DNA from: Minisyncoccia bacterium
GTDB lineage: Bacteria; Patescibacteriota; Minisyncoccia; UBA6257; JAAZHW01
Direction of reading: 5' to 3'
NCBI GenBank assembly: GCA_049720475.1
Contig: JBNASH010000036.1
Location: forward strand, 1,339 to 65,338
Length of the DNA: 64,000 nt
The notes beneath the pieces are model-generated. The model was not told where the DNA came from. It was given only the letters and a program-made list of their open reading frames with translations, and made no database searches. The translations under genes were made by a program, and so were the position numbers. Of this stretch, positions 20,524 through 30,303 are shown one piece after another (the stretch's first letter is position 1; each line of letters begins with the position of its first letter).

Positions 20524-22002
20524 ATGTCAACAGCTGATCAAATAAAAAAAATAAGATTGAAAAAGGTGGCGGAATTGATAAAAAAAGGAGAGGATGTTTA
20601 TCCTAGTCAATCACAGAAAAATACTTCTATTGAAGAGGTTTTATTGAATTTTGAGACGTGGAGCAAGCGAAAGAAAAAAGTTTGGTTAGCTGGTAGAATT
20701 ATGAGCTTGCGTTTTCATGGCAAAATTATTTTTGTTGATTTAAGAGATGGAACTGGTGATTTGCAATTGGTTTTTAGGGTAGGGGAGACAAAAAATTTTG
20801 AGAATGTTGAGAAATTTTTAGATGCAAGTGATTTTATTGAAGTAAACGGCTATCCTTTTCAAACCCAACGCGGAGAAAAAAGTTTATTAATTTTAAATTG
20901 GCGATTATTGGCTAAAAGTTTAAAGCCATTACCTTCAGAATGGTATGGTTTAAAAGATGTTGAGGAGAGATTTCGCAAACGCTACATCGACTTAGCTCTC
21001 AATAAAGACGTTAAGGAAAGATTTTATTTACGAGCAAAAATTATTCGCGCCTTGCGAGATTTTTTGGAAAAAGAGGGATTTATAGAAGTGGAAACACCAA
21101 TACTTCAAACTCTCCATGGCGGAGCTTTAGCACGCCCTTTCAAAACCAAACTCAACGCTTTGAATATGCCGCTTTATTTAAGGATCGCGCCAGAGCTTTA
21201 TTTAAAAAAATTAATTGTTGGTGGTTTTGAAAAAATTTATGAAATTGGCAAATGTTTTCGCAATGAAGGTATTGATAAAACGCATAATCCCGAATTTACA
21301 ATGATGGAACTATACTGGGCTTATCAAAATTATGAAGGATTGATGAATTTTGTTGAGGAATTAATCACAACCATCCTTAAGAAAATTTTTGCCAACAGCA
21401 AAAACCCTCTGCTTTTAACTTATGATAACAAAACAATAAATTTTGAAAGACCATGGCCAAGAATTGGTTTTTTGGAATTAATTAAACAAAAAACTAATCT
21501 TGATCCTCAATTACATAGTGAAAAAGAAATCTTGGCCTTTTTGCAGAGTAGAGGGGTAGAAATAAAAGATGAGATGAAGAATCAAAATAGATGGGAACTT
21601 CTTGATGAGGTTTATAAGAAAGTTTGCTTGGAAGAAATTGTTCAACCTACTTTTATTATTCATCATCCCGTTGCTCTTTCTCCTTTGGCAAAAATCAGAA
21701 AAGAAAATAAAGAAGAGACAGAGCGATTCCAATTGGTAGTAGCGGGCGTCGAATTTGTTAATGGTTATTCTGAGTTAAATGATCCAGTTGATCAAGCAGA
21801 ACGATTCAAGAATCAGGAACAGAGAAGAAAGGCAGGTAATGAGGAGGCCAGTCCTTTTGATAAAGATTTTGTTGAAGCGTTAGAATATGGCATGCCCCCA
21901 ACTGCTGGGGTAGGCATTGGCATTGACCGTTTGGTAATGCTTTTAACTAACGCTCCATCTATTAAAGAGGTCATTTTCTTTCCATTTATGCGAAATAAAT
22001 AA
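20524..22002 (+). CDS. lysS: Lysine--tRNA ligase (class II)
   Basis: GGALARPF, LRIAPELYLK, FRNEG..HNPEF, YGMPPTAG.GIGIDRL. Confidence 0.97.
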   Translation: MSTADQIKKIRLKKVAELIKKGEDVYPSQSQKNTSIEEVLLNFETWSKRKKKVWLAGRIMSLRFHGKIIFVDLRDGTGDLQLVFRVGETKNFENVEKFLDASDFIEVNGYPFQTQRGEKSLLILNWRLLAKSLKPLPSEWYGLKDVEERFRKRYIDLALNKDVKERFYLRAKIIRALRDFLEKEGFIEVETPILQTLHGGALARPFKTKLNALNMPLYLRIAPELYLKKLIVGGFEKIYEIGKCFRNEGIDKTHNPEFTMMELYWAYQNYEGLMNFVEELITTILKKIFANSKNPLLLTYDNKTINFERPWPRIGFLELIKQKTNLDPQLHSEKEILAFLQSRGVEIKDEMKNQNRWELLDEVYKKVCLEEIVQPTFIIHHPVALSPLAKIRKENKEETERFQLVVAGVEFVNGYSELNDPVDQAERFKNQEQRRKAGNEEASPFDKDFVEALEYGMPPTAGVGIGIDRLVMLLTNAPSIKEVIFFPFMRNK

Positions 22003-22003
22003 T

Positions 22004-23242
22004 ATGCTTACTTATCTTTTAAGACAAATTAGAGAAAAACCAACCTATTTTGAGGAGGGTTTAAAGAAAAAAAATAAAGACCCGAACCTTGTTAAAAAAA
22101 TTGTTGAGTTGGACAAGGAATATCGGGGTGTTTTGTCGGAAATAGAATTTTTAAGATCTGAATTAAATATTTTATCAAAAGAAGCTGCCAAAAATTTCAG
22201 TCAGGATCATTTAGAAAAAGCAAAAGGGACTAAGCAGCGAATCAAAGAATTAGAAAAACAATTGGAGCCATTAGAAAAATCATTGGACGAATTGCTTTAC
22301 CGCATACCCAACATTCCATTACCTGATGTGCCAGTGGGAAAGGATGAAACAGAGAATGTTGTTTTGCGAGAAGTAGGAGAGAAACCAAATTTTAAATTTG
22401 AGCCTAAAGATTATTTGTCTTTGGTTGAAGATAATTGGATTGATGTCAAAAGAGCGGCAAAAGTATCAGGAACGCGTTTTGGTTATTTAAAAAATGAAGC
22501 AGTACTTTTGGAATATGCGATAGTCCGATGGGTGATGAATGTTTTAAAAGGAAAAGGATTTATTCCTGTGGTTCCGCCGGCTTTGATTTCGAGCAAAGCA
22601 ATGAAGGCAATGGGTTATATTGATGAAGAAAAAGATTTGGCCGAGCGTTATTATTTTCCGCAGGATGAATTGTTTTTAATTGGGACGGCCGAACAGGCCA
22701 TTGGGCCGATGCATATGGATGAAATTTTGGAAGAAAAACAATTGCCGCTTCGTTATATTGCTTTTTCTCCTTGTTTTAGGCGAGAGGCAGGTTCTTATGG
22801 TAGAGATACAAAGGGAATATGGCGTGTTCATTATTTTGAAAAATTAGAAATGTTTATTTTTTGTACCCCAGAACAATCTGAAAGTGAACATCAGTTAATT
22901 TTGTCCATTGAAGAAGAATTGATGCAGGCTCTAAAAATTCCTTATCGCGTTGTTCAATTATGTACTGGTGATTTAGCTAATCCTTCGGCAAAGAGTTTTG
23001 ATATTGAAGCATGGTTGCCATCGCAAAATCGTTATGCTGAAACCCATTCTTGTAGTAATTGTACGGATTTTCAGTCTCAGCGTTTAAATATTCGTTACAA
23101 AAGCAAAGGAGGTTTGCAATATGTTCATACTTTAAATGGAACTGCTTTTGCAATTGGCAGAATTTTGGTGGCTATCATAGAGAATTATCAGAGAAAAGAT
23201 GGCACAATTGAGATACCGGAGGTGCTCAAAAAATATTTATAA
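22004..23242 (+). CDS. serS: Serine--tRNA ligase
   Basis: N-terminal coiled arm, GTAEQ, FRREAGSYGRDT.G..RVH.FEK, HTLNGTA. Confidence 0.97.
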   Translation: MLTYLLRQIREKPTYFEEGLKKKNKDPNLVKKIVELDKEYRGVLSEIEFLRSELNILSKEAAKNFSQDHLEKAKGTKQRIKELEKQLEPLEKSLDELLYRIPNIPLPDVPVGKDETENVVLREVGEKPNFKFEPKDYLSLVEDNWIDVKRAAKVSGTRFGYLKNEAVLLEYAIVRWVMNVLKGKGFIPVVPPALISSKAMKAMGYIDEEKDLAERYYFPQDELFLIGTAEQAIGPMHMDEILEEKQLPLRYIAFSPCFRREAGSYGRDTKGIWRVHYFEKLEMFIFCTPEQSESEHQLILSIEEELMQALKIPYRVVQLCTGDLANPSAKSFDIEAWLPSQNRYAETHSCSNCTDFQSQRLNIRYKSKGGLQYVHTLNGTAFAIGRILVAIIENYQRKDGTIEIPEVLKKYL

Positions 23243-23257
23243 TTTATAATATATTTG

Positions 23258-24040
23258 ATGTTTGCTACCAATCTTAATACCTACCGCTTAAGACAAATTC
23301 AAAAAAGGCGTCAGAAAAAAAAGCGTTTATTAGTAATGTCTTTCATTTTTTTATTTTTAATAGCCGCGTGGGCCTTTATTTTCTATTCTAAAATTTTCTT
23401 TTTTGAAAAATTAATAATTACCAACAATAATTTAGCTTCAATTGGGGATATTTATAAAAAATTTCAGGAAATTAATCATAATCGAAGATTATTCCAAGTT
23501 TTTAGTTTGGCTAACAATCTTCTTTTTTGGAACAATGATTCGTGTGATAAAATTGGGGAAGCCTCACTGGCGATAGAAAGCATAAATTGCCAAAAGAATT
23601 TTTTAAATAAAACGATAAAAATTTTAGTGAAAGAAAGAGAGCCGCTGTTTTTGTTTTATGATGAGGGATCGAAACAATATTTTTATTTAGATAAAGAGGG
23701 AGTGCTTTTTTATTCAATAAATGAAAACAATGCAAAAAACCTAATTTTAATTTATAACAAAAGCAGCAATATTTATCATTTAGGCGATAAATTAACGATT
23801 GATCTCGAAAAGGTTAAGGATTTAGCGACAGTTATTCAAAAAAATTTTAACTTTAGATATTTTGAATTAGAAAATCAGGATATTGTTGCGGTGTGTGATA
23901 AAGGATTTAGAATTTTAATTAGCCTTAATAAATTATTGGAAACAACGAAATTCATTCCTAAATTATTCGAAAGTAATTTTGAGCTAAATAATTTAGAGTA
24001 TTTAGATTTGAGGTTTTTGCCAAAAATTTATTACAAATAG
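23258..24040 (+). CDS. Cell division protein FtsQ/DivIB-like
   Basis: Basic N-terminal tail, single TM, POTRA-like ..I.V.ER.P, and C-terminal YLDLRF..KIYYK. Confidence 0.7.
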   Translation: MFATNLNTYRLRQIQKRRQKKKRLLVMSFIFLFLIAAWAFIFYSKIFFFEKLIITNNNLASIGDIYKKFQEINHNRRLFQVFSLANNLLFWNNDSCDKIGEASLAIESINCQKNFLNKTIKILVKEREPLFLFYDEGSKQYFYLDKEGVLFYSINENNAKNLILIYNKSSNIYHLGDKLTIDLEKVKDLATVIQKNFNFRYFELENQDIVAVCDKGFRILISLNKLLETTKFIPKLFESNFELNNLEYLDLRFLPKIYYK

Positions 24041-24043
24041 TTT

Positions 24044-24769
24044 TTAGCGCGCCACTGTCAGGCCGATGATTTTTGCAGCGCCGTTATTTTTTAAAACTTT
24101 CGCCGCTTCTTGAAGGGTGGCGCCAGAGGTGAAAACATCATCAACAAGAATTACTTTTTGTTTATAGATTAAATCTGGATTTGTTATAGAAAATATATTC
24201 TCGATGTTTTTATAACGTTGTTCATAACTTTCGATTTGGGCTTGAGGCGGATTGTTTACTTTACGAACTAAAACATTGTTAAAAATTTTAAGATTAAATT
24301 GAGTGGCAAAGACTTTAGCTATTTCTTCACTTTGATTAAAACCGCGTTCACAAAATTTATTCTTATGAAGGGGAACAGGAATGATGATGTAATCTTTCCA
24401 ATTTTCATTAATTGTTTTTGTTGTTTTTTCCCAAAAAATAATCAAAAATTCTCCTAAAGTTAAAGCAATTTCTTTAATATAATTATATTTAAATTGATGA
24501 ATGAGGGCTTTAACAGCCACATCTTCATAATTAGTAGCTGATCCCAAAAAATCGAGATAAGATTTTTTATTGGAATGGTGGCATTTTTTGAACTCGCTTA
24601 GTCGTTTATGACAAATAGGGCAAACGAATCCGGAAGAAATAAAGATTTTATTAAAACAATTGTCACATAAGTAACGTTTCCTTTTAGACGGAACAAAAGA
24701 TTGACAATTGACACAATAAACAGGGAAAAGACAATCAAAAATAAAATTTTTGATATCTGTGATTTTCAT
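24044..24769 (-). CDS. comF: Competence protein ComF (double zinc ribbon + phosphoribosyltransferase)
   Basis: LFP..CVNC...LC..C...CPIC, PVPLH...RGFNQ, LVDDVFTSGAT. Confidence 0.92.
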   Translation of the reverse strand: MKITDIKNFIFDCLFPVYCVNCQSFVPSKRKRYLCDNCFNKIFISSGFVCPICHKRLSEFKKCHHSNKKSYLDFLGSATNYEDVAVKALIHQFKYNYIKEIALTLGEFLIIFWEKTTKTINENWKDYIIIPVPLHKNKFCERGFNQSEEIAKVFATQFNLKIFNNVLVRKVNNPPQAQIESYEQRYKNIENIFSITNPDLIYKQKVILVDDVFTSGATLQEAAKVLKNNGAAKIIGLTVAR

Positions 24770-24772
24770 TAT

Positions 24773-24781
24773 TGTGGATAA
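24773..24781 (-). promoter_or_regulatory. Perfect DnaA box in the divergent comF/pilM intergenic region
   Basis: TGTGGATAA, 3 nt upstream of the comF start codon. Confidence 0.45.
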
Positions 24782-24840
24782 TTTTATTTAATATTTTATA
24801 ATTGTTTTTTATAATAGAAAAGAGATAAAGAATTCTAACT

Positions 24841-25881
24841 ATGCGTGTTTTGGGAATTGATATTGGAACAACTAATATTAAGGTGGTGGAACTATCTGAG
24901 GCAGGCGATCAGAGGGTTTTAGAGAATTATGGAATTTTAGAAACTTATGGTTATTTAGAACGTAATAACGCGACAATTCAAAGCAACTATTTTAAATTAG
25001 TTGAGGATATTACTGTTGATCTTATCAAAAAACTTTTTTTGGTTTTAAAACCAAAAACTAAAAGAGCAATTTTTTCTTTGCCGGTTTTTTCTAGTTTTAT
25101 CACCCAATTTGATTTGCCTTTTGTTGATAAAAAAGAAATTGCTAATGCCGTGATTTTTGAAGCAAAAAAATATATACCAGTTCCCTTGGATGATTTGGAG
25201 ATTAGTTGGATGTTGGTTGGTCAAATAAATGAAGGAACAAAACAGAAAAGCAGCATTGTTTTAATCGCCACCCCAAAAGAATTAATTGATAAATATAAAA
25301 GAATGGGGGAAATGTTGGGATTAAATGTGGTTGGTTGGGAGATTGAAGGAATTTCATTAGTTCGTTCATTAATAAAAGGCGATAAAAGAAATACTTTGAT
25401 TGTTGATATGGGAACGCAAATTACTAATTTTTTTATTGTTGAGAATGGTTTTTTAACAAATTACGAAACATTAAATATTGGTGGAGCCGAAATCACACAT
25501 GTTATTAGTCGTAGTATGGGCGTTACTAAAGAACGAGCCGAAGAATTTAAAAAGATAAAAGGATTTAAAGTTGATCCTCAGGAGATGGGAGTTGTTAATA
25601 TTTTAATGCCAATTGTGGATAACTTCGGCAACGAAATTTTAAGAATGATGGATATCTATCAACAGAAAACCAATAAAAAAATCGAACGAATTATTATTAC
25701 CGGCGGAGGGGCAAATATGCCAGGTTTAGTAGATTATTTCACACAATTTTTAAATATGCCGGTGGAAAAAGCGTGGCCATTTCAAGATATAAAATATGCT
25801 GATTTTCTAGAGCCTCTTTTGCGTGATGTAGCTCCATTTCTTTCTGTGGCTACCGGAGCAGCTTTAAGGGGCTTGGAATAG
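24841..25881 (+). CDS. pilM: Type IV pilus assembly protein PilM
   Basis: LGIDIGT..IKVVEL, EAKKYIPVP, VDMG, ITGGGA, VATGAALR. Confidence 0.92.
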   Translation: MRVLGIDIGTTNIKVVELSEAGDQRVLENYGILETYGYLERNNATIQSNYFKLVEDITVDLIKKLFLVLKPKTKRAIFSLPVFSSFITQFDLPFVDKKEIANAVIFEAKKYIPVPLDDLEISWMLVGQINEGTKQKSSIVLIATPKELIDKYKRMGEMLGLNVVGWEIEGISLVRSLIKGDKRNTLIVDMGTQITNFFIVENGFLTNYETLNIGGAEITHVISRSMGVTKERAEEFKKIKGFKVDPQEMGVVNILMPIVDNFGNEILRMMDIYQQKTNKKIERIIITGGGANMPGLVDYFTQFLNMPVEKAWPFQDIKYADFLEPLLRDVAPFLSVATGAALRGLE

Positions 25882-25909
25882 CTTTTAAAAAATATTATAA
25901 TTAAAATAT

Positions 25910-26443
25910 ATGGCTGAATTTCAAAATATAGATTTATATGCTAAAAAGAAATCCAGTGGTTGGTTGGGGAAGTTATTAACCCTCTCGATTATTTTATTAA
26001 TTATTTCTTTGGGGTTATATTTTATAGCGACTTTCTATCAAAATTATTTAAATAAAAATATCAGTGATATTAATAATAAAATTAAATCTTTGAGCAATGA
26101 GATTGCTGAGGGTGATAGAAAAGAAGTGTTGAGCTTTTACTCGCAATTAATAAATTTGAAAGCATTACTAAGCAATCACATTTATACCTCAAAAATTTTT
26201 GAACGATTAGAATTAATAACTCATCCAAAAGTGGCTTTTTCTGCATTTTCTTACGATTATAAAAACAAGTCATTAAAATTAGATGGTTATTCAGATAATT
26301 TAGAATTCATCGCTCAGCAAATTTTAGCTTTTCAGAAAGTTTCAGAATTTAGCAAAATTAATTTAACAAATTTAAGAACAAGCGACAATAAAATTTCTTT
26401 CAGTCTCGAAATAACTTTTAATCCCAATTTTATTTTAAAATAA
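25910..26443 (+). CDS. pilN: PilN-like protein
   Basis: Single TM, coiled coil and ferredoxin-like C-terminal domain; position after pilM. Confidence 0.7.
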   Translation: MAEFQNIDLYAKKKSSGWLGKLLTLSIILLIISLGLYFIATFYQNYLNKNISDINNKIKSLSNEIAEGDRKEVLSFYSQLINLKALLSNHIYTSKIFERLELITHPKVAFSAFSYDYKNKSLKLDGYSDNLEFIAQQILAFQKVSEFSKINLTNLRTSDNKISFSLEITFNPNFILK

Positions 26444-26450
26444 TTAACCT

Positions 26451-27062
26451 ATGCAAGAAACAACCAAAAGAACTTTTAGTTTAATATTGATAATCGTCTT
26501 TTTCCTAGTATCACTAATAGTGTTTTTTAACTATACATGGCCGGCTTTATTAAAAGTTTTGGATTTAAATGATGCTTTAAAAATTGTGAAAGAAGAATAC
26601 GCAAAACAGAGTAAGTCTTTACAACTCGCTAAAGAAATTATTAATCAATACAAAAATTCATCAAATATTAATCAAATGGTTTCTTTAACGCTCCCTAAAA
26701 CCGATGAATTGTTTAATGTTTTAGCACAACTGGATAAAATTTCTAATGAAAGCGGAATATTAATCCAAAGTATTACAGTAAAAACTCCTTCCTCGAGTTC
26801 AACATCTAGTTCACCTTCTTCATCAAATGTTAGTTCAGCAAGTCAGAAAGCCTCTTTGATTAATCCAGTTCAATCTATCAGTATGGAGTTGTCGATGGTT
26901 GGAACTTATGAATCTTTTAAAACGTGGTTAAATGCAATCGAAACCAACATAAGATTAATGGATATTACTTCAATTAATATTGCTGGAGTGGCTACTTCGG
27001 AGAAAACATCATCTAATTTCTTTAATCTTCGAGTCACTTTAAACGTTTATTATCAACCATAA
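26451..27062 (+). CDS. pilO: PilO-like protein
   Basis: TM, LP....., GTYESFK..L..IE...RLMDI motif; synteny. Confidence 0.8.
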   Translation: MQETTKRTFSLILIIVFFLVSLIVFFNYTWPALLKVLDLNDALKIVKEEYAKQSKSLQLAKEIINQYKNSSNINQMVSLTLPKTDELFNVLAQLDKISNESGILIQSITVKTPSSSSTSSSPSSSNVSSASQKASLINPVQSISMELSMVGTYESFKTWLNAIETNIRLMDITSINIAGVATSEKTSSNFFNLRVTLNVYYQP

Positions 27063-27063
27063 T

Positions 27064-27423
27064 ATGGAAACAGTAGAACAAAAACCAAAAACTAATATTT
27101 TTATTTATATTATAGTTATTTTAATAGCTGCTATTGCTATTGTTTATTTTGTTTTCTTTGCGCCCGAAAAAATTGCTAAAAAACAAACAACTGTTACAAC
27201 TGTTAATGTGGCAACAGAAGAAACAGGAGGGGTCGCATCTTCAAAAGGCGTCGTGTCAAAACCTAGTACCACTTCAACTTCAGATGTTACGGGAGGTTTA
27301 AGTGGTTTAAAATTAACGCCTGAAGAAATTATAAATAATCCAATTTTTCAGTCCTTGCATTCTTATACAGAATCGGTAGAATTGCCCAATTTGGGTCGTC
27401 CTAACCCATTTATTCCTTATTAA
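27064..27423 (+). CDS. Small membrane-anchored pilus-cluster protein (PilP-like position)
   Basis: TM, Ser/Thr-rich linker, and C-terminal GRPNPF resembling the PilP RxPF motif. Confidence 0.5.
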   Translation: METVEQKPKTNIFIYIIVILIAAIAIVYFVFFAPEKIAKKQTTVTTVNVATEETGGVASSKGVVSKPSTTSTSDVTGGLSGLKLTPEEIINNPIFQSLHSYTESVELPNLGRPNPFIPY

Positions 27424-27434
27424 TTTTAATTACA

Positions 27435-29195
27435 ATGATTCCAAACAAAAACTTTCTTGATTTATTGGTTAAGAATAACAAGATCAACCAAGAACTGGCT
27501 GATCGTTTATTAAAAGAAAGTCAAAATTTGAATCGTAATGTTGAGGATTTAATTTATGAACGGAATCTCGTTTCTGATCTAGAAATAGCCAAAATTAAAA
27601 GTGAATATTATAAAATCCCATTAAAGACTTTTACTAAAGATGAAGTAATTCCTAACGAGGTTTTAAATATTATTCCGGAAGAAGTTTCTCGTACTCATAA
27701 AATTATTGCCTTTAAAAAGGAAAAGGATACTTTATATGTCGGCATGCTTTACCCAGATGATTTAAAGGCGCAAGATATTTTAAAGTTTATTGCCAAACAG
27801 AAAAAATTAAATATCGCCATCTATCTTATTACTAAAAGCGATTTAGAGAATTTGTGGAAACATTATCGTTCGTTTGCTATCCGCTTAAAAGAAATTCAAG
27901 ATAGCGTAGAAATATTTAAGAGACAAGCGAAAACCACTCACCAATTATATCAACAAAAAATTATTAGAATTGATGAGGCGAGTGGTGTTATTGCCGAAGA
28001 AGCGCCGGTAATCAAAATTGTTTCAACTATCTTAGAGGAAGGCGTTAATTCCAATGCTTCTGATATTCATATTGAACCAATGAGAAATCGATTGAGAGTT
28101 CGTTTTAGATTGGATGGCGATTTAAAAGAAATTATGAGTTTGCCTTTGGAATTGCAACCACCTATCATTGCCCGTATTAAAATTTTATCTGATTTAAAAA
28201 TCGATGAGACGCGAATACCACAGGATGGACGCTTTCGTACTTTAATAGATAATAAAGAAGTAGATTTTCGTGTTTCAACTTTGCCGACGGCATTGGGCGA
28301 AAAAGTAGCCATTCGTATTTTGAACCCATATGTTGGATTAAAAACAATTGAAGGATTGGGCGTTAAGGATTATCACCAAAAATTAATTTTGGAAGGAATT
28401 GAAAAACCATTTGGTATGATTCTTGTCACTGGTCCAACGGGTTCTGGTAAAACCACAACTCTTTATGCCGTTCTTCAGAAATTAAACCAAGAAGATATTA
28501 ACATTGTTAGTTTGGAAGATCCGGTAGAGTATTTTATTGAAGGATTAAATCAATCGCAGGTGAAACCAGAAATTGGTTATACTTTTGCTTCGGGATTAAG
28601 ACAAATTGTTCGTCAAGACCCCGATGTTATTATGGTAGGTGAGATTCGTGATAATGAAACCGCTGAGTTAGCAGTGCACGCTGCTTTAACCGGTCATCTA
28701 GTACTTTCAACTTTACATACTAATAATGCTATAGGTGTTATTCCACGTTTAATTGATATGAAAATTGAACCTTATTTATTGCCAGCCTCATTAATTTTAA
28801 TGGTGGCCCAACGTTTAGTGGGAAAATTATGTGATAATTGTAAGCAGAAAGTTGAAGCAACCGGCCTTCTTAAAGAAGAAATTGAAAAGACAGTTGCTTC
28901 ATTGCCAGCAGACTTACAGAAGAAATATAAAAAAGATAAATACGAAATTTATCTACCCCAAGGTTGTAAAGAATGCAATTTTAAAGGTGTTAAAGGCAGA
29001 ATACCTATTTTTGAAATTTTAAAGATGACCCCATCATTAGAGCAGGTTATTTTAACCAACCCCTCAGAGGCTAACCTTAAAGCAGAAGCGGAAAAACAAG
29101 GAATGGTTAGTTTACGGCAAGACGGAATCATTAAAGCTTTAGAGGGCGTTGTTTCGATAGACGAAGTTCTTAAAGAAACAGTGAAATTGGAATAA
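27435..29195 (+). CDS. pilB: Type IV pilus extension ATPase PilB
   Basis: N-terminal MshEN-like fold, ASDIHIEP, GPTGSGKTT, RQDPDVIMVGEIRD, tetracysteine motif. Confidence 0.93.
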   Translation: MIPNKNFLDLLVKNNKINQELADRLLKESQNLNRNVEDLIYERNLVSDLEIAKIKSEYYKIPLKTFTKDEVIPNEVLNIIPEEVSRTHKIIAFKKEKDTLYVGMLYPDDLKAQDILKFIAKQKKLNIAIYLITKSDLENLWKHYRSFAIRLKEIQDSVEIFKRQAKTTHQLYQQKIIRIDEASGVIAEEAPVIKIVSTILEEGVNSNASDIHIEPMRNRLRVRFRLDGDLKEIMSLPLELQPPIIARIKILSDLKIDETRIPQDGRFRTLIDNKEVDFRVSTLPTALGEKVAIRILNPYVGLKTIEGLGVKDYHQKLILEGIEKPFGMILVTGPTGSGKTTTLYAVLQKLNQEDINIVSLEDPVEYFIEGLNQSQVKPEIGYTFASGLRQIVRQDPDVIMVGEIRDNETAELAVHAALTGHLVLSTLHTNNAIGVIPRLIDMKIEPYLLPASLILMVAQRLVGKLCDNCKQKVEATGLLKEEIEKTVASLPADLQKKYKKDKYEIYLPQGCKECNFKGVKGRIPIFEILKMTPSLEQVILTNPSEANLKAEAEKQGMVSLRQDGIIKALEGVVSIDEVLKETVKLE

Positions 29196-29225
29196 AATCT
29201 AAATTGGTTTATAATTAATAAAAAT

Positions 29226-30299
29226 ATGGATCTATTTTATAAAGACAAATTAGAACAACTTTTAACTCTTACCGCGCAAGAGAATGCTTCTGATTTGCAT
29301 TTTTCAGTTGGTCGAAAGCCGACCCTAAGAATTGATGGTCGTCTCGTGCCTATTGTTAAAGAAGAAGTATATACAAAAGATATTGTTGCTGGATTAATCG
29401 ATGCTTTGCTTCCAGCAGAAAAAAAAGAAGAATTTCTTAAAAACCGGGAAATTGATTTTTCTTATACTTTATCTGATAAAGCTCGTTTTCGGGTTAATGT
29501 TTATTTCCAGAGAGGCAATATGGCTGCTTCTCTAAGATTTATTCCTTATAAAATTAGAACTATTGAAGAATTAAATTTGCCACCGGTACTGCATGATTTT
29601 ACAAAATATACCCAAGGATTTGTTTTGGTGGTTGGTCCAGCAGGTCATGGTAAATCAACAACACTTGCTGCTTTAATTGATGAAATTAATCATAAAAGAA
29701 CCTCCCATATTATTACAATTGAAGATCCAATCGAGTATGTTTTTATTCAAGATCGCTCGATTATTGATCAAAGAGAGGTTTATAGCGATACTTTAAGTTT
29801 TCATCGCGCTTTGCGATCAGTTTTGAGACAAGACCCCGATGTAATTATGGTTGGAGAGATGCGCGACCCCGAAACTATTCAAACAGCTATTACTGCTGCT
29901 GAAACGGGGCATTTAGTTTTTTCTACTCTTCATACCAATTCTGCCTCTCAAACAATAGATCGTATTATTGATAGTTTTCCGGCTTCGCAGCAAGCCCAAA
30001 TCAGAACTCAATTAGCTTCAACTTTGGTAGGTATTGTTTCTCAAAGATTGGTACCCCGATTAAATGGCGGTCGCATTCCCGCTTGTGAAGTAATGATTAC
30101 CAATTCAGCCATTCGTAATTTAATCAGAGATGATAAGGTTTATCAGATTGATTTAGTAATTGAAACAAGTATCCAAGAAAAGATGATTTCTTTAAATCGT
30201 TCATTGGCCACCCTTGTTAAACAAAGCGAAATTTCTTTAGAGACGGCCCAAGCATATTCATTAAATCCGGCCGAGTTAGCTAATCTTTTAGCTCGATAA
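29226..30299 (+). CDS. pilT: Type IV pilus retraction ATPase PilT
   Basis: ASDLH, RFRVN, GPAGHGKSTT, AETGHLVFSTLHTNSA, AIRNLIR motif. Confidence 0.95.
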   Translation: MDLFYKDKLEQLLTLTAQENASDLHFSVGRKPTLRIDGRLVPIVKEEVYTKDIVAGLIDALLPAEKKEEFLKNREIDFSYTLSDKARFRVNVYFQRGNMAASLRFIPYKIRTIEELNLPPVLHDFTKYTQGFVLVVGPAGHGKSTTLAALIDEINHKRTSHIITIEDPIEYVFIQDRSIIDQREVYSDTLSFHRALRSVLRQDPDVIMVGEMRDPETIQTAITAAETGHLVFSTLHTNSASQTIDRIIDSFPASQQAQIRTQLASTLVGIVSQRLVPRLNGGRIPACEVMITNSAIRNLIRDDKVYQIDLVIETSIQEKMISLNRSLATLVKQSEISLETAQAYSLNPAELANLLAR

Positions 30300-30303
30300 A
30301 ACT

